Counted from the whole stretch's first letter, positions 12,247 to 25,656 are shown. The stretch is DNA of 63,782 bases, filler included, from Reticulomyxa filosa (GCA_000512085.1; 19 parts of 19 records of this genome joined end to end with filler, not necessarily neighbours in it), one strand, 5' to 3'. Program-made: numbers and translations. Notes: generated by a model not told the origin, from the sequence alone.

Positions 12247-12944
12247 CTTCTTAGTTACTTGAACTTTCTCCTCAATTGTACTTTTTGCATGGACTGCAAT
12301 ATAACTCCAAAATTGTACAAGAACAAAAATAAAAAATAAAAATAGGGTATTGGTGGTCGGGTTTTTGTGTACTTTTTGACAAAATTGCTTAATTTGTTTA
12401 TTCTATTTAATTTTTTTTTCCTCATTTCTGGATTTTCATTTCTATCATTATTGCATAAATCTCAGACCTGTCTACCATATGCATTGCTTGTTCTTTGGAT
12501 TCGAGTGCCGGCATTTACATTCACTAAGGTACAAAAAAAAAGGAGAAAATGCTGTTGACTTTAAAAATATTTTTTATGTCAACAAAGTAATGTATTCGAA
12601 ATTGTTAATTTTGGAAATATTTGAAAGACTTGAACAACAAAGTAAAATTGTTAAAGACTTTTTTTGTCAAATATTGTCATAAGAAAACTGCAGTGGTGTC
12701 CACTTTTGAATAAACTTTTTTTTGGAAAAAGTATTGCAGATTGGTCTGTATCGGGGGGCTGCAACCAGTTTGTTGTAGCTACCACTCACTGTTGCAATAT
12801 ACCCTGCCACCGGTATGGTCACATGACCTTTTGTATATAATTTGCTCTAATATATACTTTAGCTCGTGCTATATATTGTGGGGCTGCACAAGCAATAGTC
12901 TCATATGTGATGTGGTTTCGAATCATGCTGCCATCTTTCATATA

Positions 12945-12971
12945 CAGTAAGATAAAAAAGAAAGTTGACAC
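12945..12971 (+). repeat. Tc1-like terminal repeat start at a contig end
   Basis: TATA|CAGTAAGATAAAAAAGAAAGTT is identical to 8901-8926. Confidence 0.7.
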
Positions 12972-13085
12972 NNNNNNNNNNNNNNNNNNNNNNNNNNNNN
13001 NNNNNNNNNNNNNNNTTAATTAATTAANNNNNNNNNNNNNNNNNNNNNNNNNNNNNNNNNNNNNNNNNNNNAAAAAAAAAAAAAA

Positions 13086-14404
13086 ATGTTTGTGGTTCGT
13101 TTAGAGAGTGGCTCAGCATCAACCTCTCGTCCATCCAAATATAGCTGTGAATTATGTAACAATGTATTTAAAAATGCAACATTGACGCAATGTTGCAAAA
13201 CAACGTATTGCCAAGATTGCATTTTAAACTATTTGCGCAAGCATTTTTTCAAATGTCCAAAATGTGACAACCCATGTGATCCAGAGTTGTTATATCCCAA
13301 TGATGTCTTGCAAGAAAAAGTGGATGCGTACATACAAACCTCTTCATTTAGTAATATGTCCAAGCACGCGGATGTGCACAGCAGCGTTTCTTTGCCAACA
13401 GTGACAAATGCAGCAAGCGGATTGCCCACGTCCGCGTCTGCGTCTGCATCTGTATCTGCGTCCAACTCGACGTCGAATTCTGCATTGCTGTCTATGTCAA
13501 CATCAACAGCAGCTGTGACGTCTGTGTCTGGTCCCAACTCTGCAGCAGGGTCTGCACTTTGTTTGCCTCCACACATCCAAGTCAAAGTTCAACTGCAGCC
13601 CGTCCCATCCAACTCCAATCTCAATCCTCTTAATACTCTGAATAATCCTAATGCCTCCGATATGACCAATGCATTGTCACATGTGTCGACCAATGGCGTC
13701 CTCGGAGCCTCTGTCTCGACGGTGTCAATGTCAACGCCAATGACAACCTCGGGAGTGACGACCGGCCCCCCCTCTGCCTCGATCCCGTTGCATAGACAAG
13801 CCACTCCTGCGGGACAACTGCAATTGCGACAGTACGAACAAGCGCCTGTTGTGAACATCACCGTCGTGAAAAAAGAAAAAATAAAAGATCCGACCAAAAC
13901 GATTGAAATCAAAAAAGAGGACGCGGAACATCCACATACAATTCCGTCGTGGATTAATAAACCGCTGATCCCTGATCCGACTGCACAAACCGATTATTGC
14001 AATGATACTTGCATGTTTTGCCACGAAAAGGGACATTTGTGGAAAAACTGCGAAAAGCGAAAACGAGATACTGAAGCGAAGAAAGCCAGTGTCAGTTATT
14101 TGATCAAGACTGAAGAAACGAATGCAAATCAAAATCAAAATCAAAAAAAAATCTAAATCCAAATCCAATTGCCAACACTACCAGCCACTATATTCATAAT
14201 GGTAATAACAACAATAGCAATAACAATAACGACAGCAATAACAATATTTCTATTACCACTACAATTGATGACAATAATAACAACGATAATAATACCAATG
14301 GTGACAATGTGAACAGCAATATTGATACTAATATCAATAATGACGACAATAATAATAACAACACAAATAATATAACGAATGGCATTGGTAACAATAACAA
14401 TAAC

Positions 14405-14438
<34 letters not shown>

Positions 14439-15241
14439 GCAATGCCAATGTTAGTGAAGGCAACAATGCAGTGATTATTGGCGATATGAATGGCATTTCG
14501 TCAATGCAAACTCACAAAACCAAAGTGCAGACTCTGATTCCTCCGGAAGGTCTTGGCTTGCCATCGACGGAACCCATTTTGGCAGAACACAATGACACAC
14601 TCGCGATGAAAACACAGTCAACCGTCAAAAGCAATTCGACAGTTATGGCGAGACCTCGATTGATCTCTGGTCCGCCGAATATGAATTCCTTTCTGGTTAG
14701 ACAGCAACATCCATTTGTGAATAACAATTTATGCTATGGTGTGTGCTTTCGATTTATATACATATATATGTTTTGTGTATTTAACAAAGCTTTAAAAAAA
14801 AAAAAAAATAATAATAATAAATAAGAACTCTTCAGTGTGACTAATTTGGCTTGTTTGTGGAAATAGCAATGAAACCAACTCCCACACTCATTCATACATC
14901 AATGTCAGGTGTAGGGTCTCATCCATTTGGACATGTCACACATTCACTGTCTTCCGTGTCTACACATATCTCGCATCCGTCTCCCTCACTGTCGTACTAT
15001 AACCATAATGCAATGGATGATCGCAATAGCCTCACACATAACAGGAGTGAGATGATGGCAGCAAGCAATGCGTCGGGCATAATGTCATTTCCTCCATCTG
15101 GCTATGGCGGCCCCTCAACGGCCACGAATATGGACAATATCAACAAAGTGAATGACAACAATGGCAATGACAACAATAGTAACAATGCCGCTAACAGCAA
15201 CAATAACGGTAACATGAACAATGGTAATGGTAATGGTAATG

Positions 15242-15273
<32 letters not shown>

Positions 15274-15350
15274 GACAATAATAACAATATCAATCTAAAT
15301 CGAAACATTCCAAACTCTACCAACATTCTGGAACTTCTGTACATGTTACA
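13086..15350 (+). CDS. RBBP6/Mpe1-type RING finger + CCHC zinc-knuckle protein with Ser- and Asn-rich low-complexity regions (partial)
   Basis: CELC..FKNATLTQCCKTTYCQDCI...FKCPKC...LLYPNDVLQEKVDAY matches the RBBP6/Mpe1 RING pattern; CMFCHEKGHLWKNC is CX2CX4HX4C; probable homopolymer frameshift near 14145 and an intron at ~14740-14867. Confidence 0.7.
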
Positions 15351-15354
15351 AGAG

Positions 15355-15392
<38 letters not shown>

Positions 15393-16156
15393 NNNNNNNN
15401 NNNNNNNNNNNNNNNNNNNNNNNNNNNNNNNNNNNNTTAATTAATTAANNNNNNNNNNNNNNNNNNNNNNNNNNNNNNNNNNNNNNNNNNNNTAATTCTC
15501 AGCCATTTCTATTCAGAGAAGCAAAAACTCTTTTTTTTTTCACCTTGAGTTTTAGAGTTGTTTTTTTTTTGAAATAAAGTTCACTGTTGTGGGACGAAAA
15601 AGATTCACAATGTCACAAATAATGATGATTCGATTTTTGTTGAAAAAATATCATTATACAAAAATGTCAATCACACAAAATCAAATTTTCTTTTTGAAAG
15701 GAGATATAACAAAAATAGTATCAAGTGGATTTATACAACAAACGTGTTTGACTGTTTCAGTGCTTTGACAAACATTATTTTTCAGACTGCTGGTAATAAT
15801 CTGACTGCACAAAAATCATTTCTGCTTTTGTACTCTTCAACAATGTTGTCGTTTTTGTGACATATCAAGATTTAATTTCTAAAATTTTTTATATTGAAAA
15901 AGTGGGTGAAAAGTTGCATTTTTAATTGTCTCATGTTGAACCCTGGCCTCAATGCGCAAACTTTTAGGATTCATTTACCACAAAAAAAAAACAAAAGTTG
16001 GATACATAAAAAGAATAAAAACATACGTACAGACAATCAGCAACCAAAAGCAAAAAAAAAGGTTTCAATCACATAAAATTTAAATGTGAAAAATGACAAC
16101 AAAAAAAAAGAAAGAAAACTCAAGCACCTTTGACAAGATCAGCGAATTATACCTGA

Positions 16157-16600
16157 TTACAATTGAACCCGTCCAACCTTCCGAAGCAAATCACGCAGCG
16201 AGTTGATTTCTTCAGAAGTGGATACAATGAGTGTCATTTTAGATTCCGTTAATAGTTTGTTTCGTGTTTCCGCACTTTTCAAATCCTTTTTTATGTGTTG
16301 TATATTTGTGGATTAAATATAAGAATGAGGGAAAAAAAAACAACTGAATCAATCAAACCTGTTGCAATTGATTGATAATTCCTTCCAATCGTAATGTTTG
16401 CATTTTGAAACTGGCCTCTTCTCTGAATATTCTGTCCTCGTAATGTTGTTTCATCTCCTGTTCGACTTTCTTTTTGATTTCAACAAACAAAGCTTTTTCA
16501 ATGTCTGTTTTTAATTCTTTAATCAGCTGCGCTTTTATTTTCTTCTTTTCCTCTCCCCTTTCTCCAAATTCATTTCTGTTTTTTATCTTGCTCTGGAGTC
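16157..16600 (-). CDS. Short coiled-coil protein, last two exons, unknown function
   Basis: Manual translation ...IKELKTDIEKALFVEIKKKVEQEMKQ...LQQ | DLKSAETRNKLLTESK...GRVQL*, with a GT..AG intron. Confidence 0.4.
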
Positions 16601-16964
16601 TCTTTGATCAGTAAAGCGTGTTCCTTGTTTATTTCCCCNNNNNNNNNNNNNNNNNNNNNNNNNNNNNNNNNNNNNNNNNNNNTTAATTAATTAANNNNNN
16701 NNNNNNNNNNNNNNNNNNNNNNNNNNNNNNNNNNNNNNAAAATGTAAACAAAAAAATTTGAAAATTTCTTAATTTTAATAAATATGTTTTAGGCGTTCAG
16801 TTTTCTTTGCAACCTATTGTACTTGATCAAGTAAAAACAAAATGACGACCAGTGACATGGACACAACTGTAAAAAGTTACAAAATGCAAAGCCATATTTA
16901 AGCACAACATGATTTATACATATTTCAGTTTTGCTTCTTCAAACTTTAGTTCTTTCAATTGTAT

Positions 16965-17960
16965 TTAAAAATAATTTTATCAAAACCATCGATCCATCCT
17001 AATTTTATCTCCAAAGTCCGAATTCAATGTTGAATAACAAATGTTGTTTCATTTTTTGACTGGTCATTATTTATTATTTGTTAACCAGTTTTATGCAATC
17101 AAATTTGTTTGCACTTAATTACAAAAAAACAAACAAATAATTACCAATTGTAGACAGTCCCATCACGCACTTTTGTCTTCATGTGAGTTGATAATTGTTT
17201 ATTTTTATCATTTTGCCCTCCAATGATGTGTATGTGATTGTCGTCTTCACTCAGTACAATAGAACAATGTAATGGACTGGGTAAAGTGCTTTCAAATGTC
17301 ATCCACTTATTTTTTGAATTAAATATTTGTGCACTGTTTTTGAAAACGTGCTTGCTATCTTTATAACTAAATCCACCAAAGAACAAGATGATATTATTGA
17401 TACACACATATGCATAAGAATTTAATGATGAAATATTATCACAAGCAAACAATTGATGAATTGAAAATTGTTGTTATCTTCGTCATATTCAATTGATAAT
17501 CTCTTTTCATAAAACAACAGCATTTGATAATTTTGTTTTTTTTTCTTCATTTGTTTCAATCACTTATTGTTTATTTTTTGGTTTTGATACAAAACAATTA
17601 TAAGATACTGAAGCGGCAATTGAAATTAGTAAAGTAAAGCATTTAATAAATTGAAATGTATTTAAATCAAACACTAATGTTTGAACTACAAATTATTGCT
17701 GTTTCCACCAATCACTACACGCACTCCCAATAACTGTCTTGATTTCTTCCAATTATAATTGGATGATTGTGATTGTCCGTGAAAGGAACCAAGTGATTGT
17801 TATTGTTTGATTTATTCACTTCATTGTCATTACTCGAAACACTTAATATTTCATTACTAATGCATGTTTTTTTATATACGAAGACCTAAAAGACAACAAA
17901 GTTATTTCATTGCTGTCTTTGTTGTTATCTACAGTTTCACTACACAGTGTCCCCATAATT
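16965..17960 (-). pseudogene. Kelch-like beta-propeller family pseudogene
   Basis: Fragments GHCVVK, ITLLSF, YAYVCINNIILFFGG, WMTFESTLPSPLH, HIHIIGG with stops/frameshifts; homologous to 29534-30660 and 37109-37483; last exon SKNETTFVIQH*IRTLEIKLGWIDGFDKII. Confidence 0.75.
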
Positions 17961-18837
17961 TAATGTATAAAATCAAGTTTTGGTAAATGCAATATTATGA
18001 CTTAAGCCTGTCTTGGTTCAAAGGTTAAGCATGCTTGGAGATAAATAATAAATCAATTATAAAATTTATAAAATATTAAAAGACGATATTCTGAACAGTG
18101 CAAATTTTGAAAATAGCAGTTGGTTTTTGTGATAGTATTGATGTATTGGAATCAAGACATAATAAAAATTAAAAAAACTGAATATAATACAAATAATTTA
18201 TTAACATGGATTGTATTCAATAAACTATGCGTATTAGTAAAATGTGTAATCATTCCATTGACTTAAATCTCGCCAATGTGATTTTATAGAACGTCCAAGG
18301 GGACAATTAAGTTTTATTTGAATTTGAAAAATGGAGAAAGCAGCCAGATAACAAGAAAATATGAAGAAAAAAAGAAAAATTTATGGAATAACGTTGTTGT
18401 AATAATCATATTTATTTTTATTTTTTTTACAGAAATTGGATACCCTTTCATTGAACTTGCAGCAACAGCTACCGTTAGATTTAATTTACCATTTGTTGAA
18501 AAAGATAAAGAGAGATAGGCAAAAAACAAAAAAAAATGAATTTATATATTTGTCAAATATGTTATTTCTTGAATTACAATGTATGTATTAAAGATAATGA
18601 GAGAAATGAATATTTAACAATTTATAAAAAGAACAAACTATTGCAATTTTTTAGTCAATATAAGGAAGTGTGAATACAAAAATTCAAGATAAAATTAGAT
18701 ATATTTGTCCAGTTCTATTTTTCGTCTTGTCAAAGTATTTTTGGCACCCCTTTCATTGATCTTAAAAGTACGACAGTTATTCATCTTACATCATCTAAGG
18801 CAATTTTAAGAGAAAGAGTGAAAAAACTACGAAAAAA

Positions 18838-19440
18838 TGACTAATCTTAAAAATGAAGTCTCAGCTCAAGTCTCACTAGTAAGCCTTGTTTTAAGTTTTA
18901 AAAAGTTAGTTGAATATGATTTTCAGTGTATTTATTTGTATATATTTGCATTGTCCAATCAGCCAAAAGAAGAAACCCAGATAATTATCCAACACTGGAT
19001 TAGAATATTGAATGTTAAATTAGGATGGATTAACGATTTTGACAAACTTGTTTTCAACTATGTTAAGTTTTTTGTTTTTGCTTCATTAAATATTTATTTG
19101 TTGCTATTGTTTATTATAACTATTTAACACAGTCAACAATTGGCAGTTGTGGTCTCATAATCATGAAATTTGCTAAAACTATTTTCAAGAATTTTATTTA
19201 ATTGCATCAACATGACCATTTTTTGCATTCTCTGTATTTAATCAAATACTTTGTACCTTCTGATGATAAATTTTTCAATTGTTTTTTTTGTTGGACATTA
19301 AACTTTTTTGTAATAGTTCGTGGACATCGAGGCGAACGTCATATGTTGAATATTCACCATTTGTATTTAATAATATTGAAGCTGGCAGAAGTTCAAATGT
19401 TATATATTTGGATCATTGATAATACAATTCATTCTTGTTA
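18838..19440 (+). pseudogene. WD40-family pseudogene (N-terminal exons plus a WD remnant)
   Basis: Exon 1 MTNLKNEVSAQVSL|gtaag; exon 2 PKEETQIIIQHWIRILNVKLGWINDFDKLVFNY; remnant VEYSPFV..SNVI similar to 45117-45200. Confidence 0.7.
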
Positions 19441-19559
19441 TGTGTAATAAGATTTAACATTACATCGTTTGTGCATTGAAAGACTTGAAAAGACTATTAA
19501 GTATCGAAAGCGAAATCAAGATTTTTATTTGATAATAGATAAGACTTGAAGTTGAATGG

Positions 19560-20380
19560 ATCATCTATGATTACAAAAAAGATAATAAAATTAACTGAAA
19601 ACATAAAGCAAAGACATTAATTTTATTGACGAACACAAAATTGTACTGTACATGATTGGAAAAAAGTTATATTTTCAGATGAAATAAAACTTAACTTATA
19701 TGAAAATGATTTACTATATGTTGAAAAAAGAAGGACAAAATACTGGTGCAAAGAATTATAGAAAAGTTAATGTTTAAGTTGGTAATATCATAGTATTGAC
19801 TTGTTTTGGTGTTAAATGCGTTGGATATGCTTGCAAAATTGAAGTAGGCACTAATGAGATAATTTACAAAAAAATATTATTTGATGAAATACTAAAAAGC
19901 ATTCCATATTACTTATGCAATAACAGAAACTGTTGGTTTTTACAAGATAACGCAAAATGCCACAAATGCAAAGCAGTAATTAATTAGCTTTAATAAAACA
20001 AAATAACGTAATTAAATTCACTCCAAATTCACCTGATCCTAAGCCGATCGAAAACCTTAGTCAATAATCAAAGCAAGACTTTACAAATGAGTTCAAATAA
20101 AAACACCAAAACAACTATGTGAAAAATTTGAACAATAATGGAAAAAAGTAAAAAGATAATATGCAAAAGCTTAATTGAATCAATGCCAAAACGAATACAA
20201 TCCATTATCGACATCAAATGGAGGTCAACAAGTGGTAAAAAATTTGTTAAAATTTTTTTAATTGTAAAAGGAAAAAATTGTTTAACCTAGAACGACTTTA
20301 TTTAAAAGATATTATCATATTTAAAAACTTCAACATTTGTAGATTTTTTTAAAAAATTAGGTCTAAATATTGTTTATATT
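19560..20380 (+). mobile_element. Tc1-family transposase relic
   Basis: DWKKVIFSDEIKLNL (~19654), WFLQDNAKCHK (~19934), PNSPDPKPIENL (~20023), LIESMPKRIQSII; many stops/frameshifts; the 3' flank resembles the reverse complement of 8980-9030. Confidence 0.85.
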
Positions 20381-20588
20381 TTGTTTTTCTTGTCTTTTAT
20401 TTTGAATATTTGACATTCGAAAGAATGATTTAAACCATCCCATCAATAGACAATAAACTTTTGAAAAGACACTAATGACGTGTTTTTGTTTTACATCATA
20501 ATTTTTTTTCATTACTTTAAATACTGTCATCAATCGTACTAATATTTTAATTTGAGGAATTCCTTCTTGTCACAGCCGCATTTTTGTA

Positions 20589-23500
20589 TTATACAAAGTT
20601 TGTGATATTTTTTTTGCTTTTATCTTTTGAAATAGTTTTGCGCGCAGAACTATTAGGATTAGATATATTTTGATTGGGAAGTGTGCTTAAAACGCCTATT
20701 TTGGGCGAACGTCCAAACACTTTGTTGTAGCTTTCCTCTCGGTTGAGCATATCTCTCCGAAATTGCTCAAGAACTTTTTCTTTTTCAGTCAACATTTTTT
20801 GAAGACTAAATGTCTGCATCTTTAGTTCTTCAATTTGTTGAACGTCCTCAGGCAAGGATGAACGATTGTCATACTTTTCTTTCCATGAATCACATCTATA
20901 TTACATTATTGACCTGAGTTTTTTTTTACTTATTTTTTTGTGAACAACAAAACTGATTTTGAAGTTGTTTTAGTTTAAATTGCAGTACGTTCACATCCTC
21001 ATTTTTTTTCTTTGTGAGATCTTCGACGTCTTGCTTAAATTTTGTTGTAATCTGTTGCTTTTCTTTCTCGAAATCTTCGACCAGTATCTTTTTTTGTTGT
21101 TCGTTTTGTGCCCTTTCTTGTCCAAAAAGAGCGAGAAGCTGTCCTTTTTCGGCTTCATTGGTCTCATTTTGTTCAGTTAGTTCTTTTTTGAGAGCGGCTA
21201 ATTGATCTGACAGTTGTTCTTTAATTGTTTCATAATTTTGCACTGCAACTTTGTGCGCGTTTTCGAGTGCTTCTAACTTATGGTTCATTTCTTCTCGCTA
21301 ATTTACACATGTTTTGTTTCACGAAGGAATACCAATTACAACAACCAAAAAACGTTTTTATTTGAATGTGAAAATTTCTTTTTTTTTCTTCATAAATAGA
21401 GAAATTATTTACAAACTAGTATTTGCTTTTCTTGTGATAAAATCAATTTTTCTTTTTCATGAATTTGAGTAAGCGCTTGTTTTTGCTTTTTTAATTCATT
21501 TTCGGTTTCTGTTTTTATTCTTAATCTTTCTTTTTCAAGATCTGAATTAAAGATAGTTTTCAACATGTTTACATGTTGTTCATTGGCTTGTTTAATTTTG
21601 CCTATTTCTTGTTCATATTTACGAGTAGTTATGCCCAAATCATCACCATATTTTTTCTTGTCTTGCGCGATTTGTTTTTCAGATTGCTTGGTCATCTCGT
21701 TCATTTCATCTTTCAATTTCTTTTTTTTAAAAAAAGGCTCCAGTTTAAATATAATAAATAGAGCGTTGGCAACAAACCTTTTGGCTTTGCTCAAGAGCAG
21801 CTGCAAACTGGTCTTTTAGCTTTTGCATTTCTTGCTCATGTTTGTTTTTTTGCATCGTAATGTTATTTTCATGTTCACTGGCGTACTGTGTCAACTGATT
21901 CTCTTTTTGTTGGATCTGGTCTTTGAGCTGGGCTATCATTTTTTGGAATGAGTTCTGCTCAGCTCCGTTTTGGACCTGCAAAGCCTTTGCTTCGGTCTGA
22001 CATGCCAATAAGCGGTTTTCAGAGTCTTTTAATCGTCTGCTAGTGTCGCTACACGTTTGATCTAATAAGGATAAATTGGTTTTTAATTGCGTGATTTCGA
22101 CTTTATTGTGAGTAATCTCTTCCATATACGTTTTTATCTGATCGTCGAGCGTGGCTTTCAGAAGAGCGGCTTTGTGTAATTCGTCTTGATAACTTTGTTT
22201 GGAAAGTTCAGAGTCAGTTGAGGATTGAGAGAGCTGTGACTCCAATGTTTTGATGTGCTCTTTGTGCGACAAAAGTTGTGCTTCTAGTTGGGATTCCTCC
22301 AACGCATGTTGTGCTTTTTTTTTGAGTTCATCACTTTGGAGTTGGAGTATTTCCTTTTCATATTTTTGTGTCAAAGAGCCAATCCTTTCCAATTGAGTTG
22401 CTTTGAAAGAATTTATCTTTTGCTCAATTTTGGCTTTGCAAATTTTAAATTCTTCGTCAAAGTTTTGAAACGCTATTTTCCACGCTTTTTTTTCATTAGA
22501 TAGTTCTGAACTCAGTGCATGGCATCTTTTTTTTTGTTCTTTTAGCTCTTTTGCTATCAACTCTATTGTTCGTACATATATATGTATATATACGTATGTA
22601 TGTACGTTTATGTATACGTGCCTCCAATTTATTGTTATCGGTTATTATAAAAGAAGTAAGATGTCCATTATCACTTTCAAGACTTTGTTTTTAGTATAAG
22701 GGAATCTTAACCGCGCGAGTTTGTAAGCGAGTTGTTGTCTTCCTTCAAATTGTCGTAAAGCTGTTGTAACTCTTTCAATTTGCGTTGCTGTGAGGACATT
22801 GTGGACTCGAGCAAAGTCATTTTTGTTGTGTGTTCTGTTTGCATGGCTTGAAAGCGAATTTCTAATTTTTTTTTTTCATCGAGTAACGTTGAAAACTCGG
22901 ATTGCCTTGTCCTCAGAGTCTCCTATGCATACGTATCGCAAAACACGTACACGTAACGATAGAGTTTACGTTATAAGGATACCTTAGGAGAAAAAAAAAG
23001 AGAAGGAAAAATAAATAAATAAAATCGTTTACCGTCAAGGCTTCAATACTTGACTTCAAAGCTGCAGATTTACTATCGAACTCGGTATTTTGATGAGACT
23101 GCTTATTTTTTAGTTCATTTAACAGACAAGTCAACTCGGCGTTTTTTGCTTTGTGGCGATCACAAGTTTCTTTTGTAGTAGTTAATTCGTTCATCACTAA
23201 TTGATATGCGCTATTTTTATTTTTTATTTCGTCCTTGCACGTTGCAAGGCTTGTCTTTAATTCAGCATTTTGCTGCCTCCAAAGTTCAGCTTGTGAATTA
23301 TATTGCCCAATTTTGTCGTTTAAACTTTTGTTTTGAGCTGTATGTCCCCCCCCACAATATGTATACATAATGTTATGAAATGGAGCCACCCCTAGACTTT
23401 TCCTTTAAAAGGAAGGAGAGAAGGAAATGATAATAATAATAATACCTTTTTGTTCTTCAATTTTGTCCTCAACAGTTTTTATCTTGCACTTCAGTACTGA

Positions 23501-24437
23501 GATAATTTCGGAGTCTGATTGCACTTGCTTTTTATGTTTTTCATTGAGTTCTTTGAGCTCTTTTTCGTGTTTCGAAATAAGCTGCGCTTTTTCTTCAATT
23601 ATGCTTTGCATTGTTGTAACTTTTTTTCTTTCTGACTGTCATAACGAATACGTTGCCCGTCTTCTTTATATTGCAAAAAAAAAAGAGGTAACAAAAGGTT
23701 TTGCTGTACCTGCGATAATGCATTTTTGAGTTCATTTTGGTAATTCTTTGCCAAATCTTCAATTTCGAGTTCGTGCTTTCGTTTGGAGTCACTCATTTCG
23801 ACTTCGAGTTGGTTTATTCGAAGTGTTGTTTGCTGGTAGAGACACTCGGCCTTTGCCTTCAATTGTTGCACTTCCTTGTTGTACTCATTGCGCATCTGTT
23901 TAATTACATTACAAATTCAGAGTGCTCTTTACTGGAGTATATTGTAAAACGACACTTTTTTTAAATTAAAAAAAACTTACATTTTGGCTCTGTTGTTGCC
24001 ATTCTTTTTTTAATGCCTCCATCTCGGCACACGTTTTTTCTTTTTCAAGTCTATATTGCTCTTTAAAATTAACAAACAACTCATTTGAAACTGCCTTGTT
24101 TTCCCAAAGTTGGGCAATTTTTTTTGCTTGATTTATCTTTTCATAAGTTTCACTTATTATCTACAGAGTTTTTTTTGTAAGAAATTTTTTAGTTCGTTAG
24201 TATATATAAATTTCGATGAACATTTTATTGGACCTGATCAATTTCTGTTTCATGTGTTTGTTTCAAATGAATTAATTCCTGGTTATGCTCTTCTACTTGG
24301 GTATTCAAGTGTTGAATTACTTTGGTGAGTTGAACAATTTTTTTGTGCTTTGTTTCGTCGCAGTCTTGGAACGACTTGCGGCGTTGTAGAAGTGCACTTC
24401 TACCATTCTCAGGAATACTGTACGTTTTCGAGGTCAT
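20589..24437 (-). CDS. FAM184A: FAM184A/B-like long coiled-coil protein, multi-exon
   Basis: N-terminal KKIVQLTKVIQHLNTQVEEHNQELIHLKQTHETEIDQ and C-terminal PEDVQQIEEL...MLNREESYNKVFGRSPKIGVL match both conserved ends of FAM184; coiled-coil exons in between. Confidence 0.82.
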
Positions 24438-24765
24438 TTAAAATGTATATGTTGTATACGTATGAAGGTTTCACAAGCTGCACCTGCAGAAAGAGCAAAA
24501 AAAAGTGTTTTGCTCTTCACTATTTGTGATTATGACGAATCCAACGTCAAAAATGGGTATGTTTTCCAATGACATTTTAAACCAGCCACAAAGACAAAAA
24601 AAAGACCACTTCTTTTTTTGAACAAAGGGACATATACATCGGATGTTTGAAAGTTTTTTGTTTTGTATGTTTTAATGAATTGTAACTTTGAAATTCAAAT
24701 GTTGGATCGATTTTTTTTTTTTTTGAGGGGGAACAAAAAAAAAATTATATATATTTTATTAAAAT

Positions 24766-25656
24766 CTATCTAAAAAGTTGTTTGACTTTTTCAACATTGG
24801 CAGAGACAGTGCCACTGTCTTCGGCAATCCAAAGTGCGATTTTGTCAGCCAAGACTTTGGGTCCGTCTTCAGAGTTAGTGAGATGTTTGAAGTCACCATT
24901 TTTATCGGTGAAGTACATGTAAGCAGAATGTTCCAAAATGTAGTCCTCTTCCAGTTCAGGTGGTCTGCTGAAGTATGTTTTCATGACTTTGGCAAAGTGT
25001 TCAATTTGTTCACGGGTGCCACAAAGTCCCAAAATTTTGGTCGAATAGTCTTCCAAGTATTTTTGAACCACTTTGGGAGAGTCCCTTCGGTAGTCCACAC
25101 TTACAAAGACTGGCATGACTTGGCTGAGCATCCCCCGCTCTTCCAATATGTCCGCCAATTCCGCCATTTTTTTCATTTCCACCGGGCACACGTCCGGACA
25201 AAACGTGAACCCAAAGTATATCAATGTGTATTTCCCTAAAAAGTCTTCTTTGTGTACCAATCTGTTGTTATGGTCAAACATCGACCATGTTTCTTTGTTA
25301 ACATCTCCACCTTTTTTTTTTTGAAGTTTAAGTCCCTTTTTTTTGTTAAAAAAAAAACATTTGATAACTCCCCCTTTTTTTTTTATGAAGCAAAAGTTCT
25401 TGGTCTTACCTTCGCCCGGTACCTGGTTGTACGAAAACCCTTCCGTGTCCACGGACTTTTTCAAAAGGTACAACCCTGCGAACAAAATAGAAACACTCCA
25501 ACCAGCAAACACCAAACGCGGAAGAAATGATACTACCAGCCAACGATGACTGATATTATATTTTCCAATACTTATCCATCGTTGGCTAAAACGATTGATT
25601 GGAAGCGCACGCAACCGAACGAATCGTGATGCCAAAACTGGCCCAAATGTTATCAT
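24766..25656 (-). CDS. SCO1: SCO1/SenC cytochrome c oxidase copper chaperone
   Basis: YFGFTFCPDVCP (CxxxC), PVFVSVD..RD, YILEHS copper-ligand His, single TM, basic targeting-like N-terminus from ATG at 25656; one in-frame intron at ~25408-25337. Confidence 0.93.
   Translation of the reverse strand: MITFGPVLASRFVRLRALPINRFSQRWISIGKYNISHRWLVVSFLPRLVFAGWSVSILFAGLYLLKKSVDTEGFSYNQVPGEGKTKNFCFIKKKGGVIKCFFFNKKKGLKLQKKKGGDVNKETWSMFDHNNRLVHKEDFLGKYTLIYFGFTFCPDVCPVEMKKMAELADILEERGMLSQVMPVFVSVDYRRDSPKVVQKYLEDYSTKILGLCGTREQIEHFAKVMKTYFSRPPELEEDYILEHSAYMYFTDKNGDFKHLTNSEDGPKVLADKIALWIAEDSGTVSANVEKVKQLFR

Noticed and set aside
14194-15344. Poly-Leu/Ile hydrophobic ORFs (also 26805-27308) as membrane proteins
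   Set aside because: They are antisense readings of (AAT)n/(AAC)n poly-Asn tracts of the real genes.
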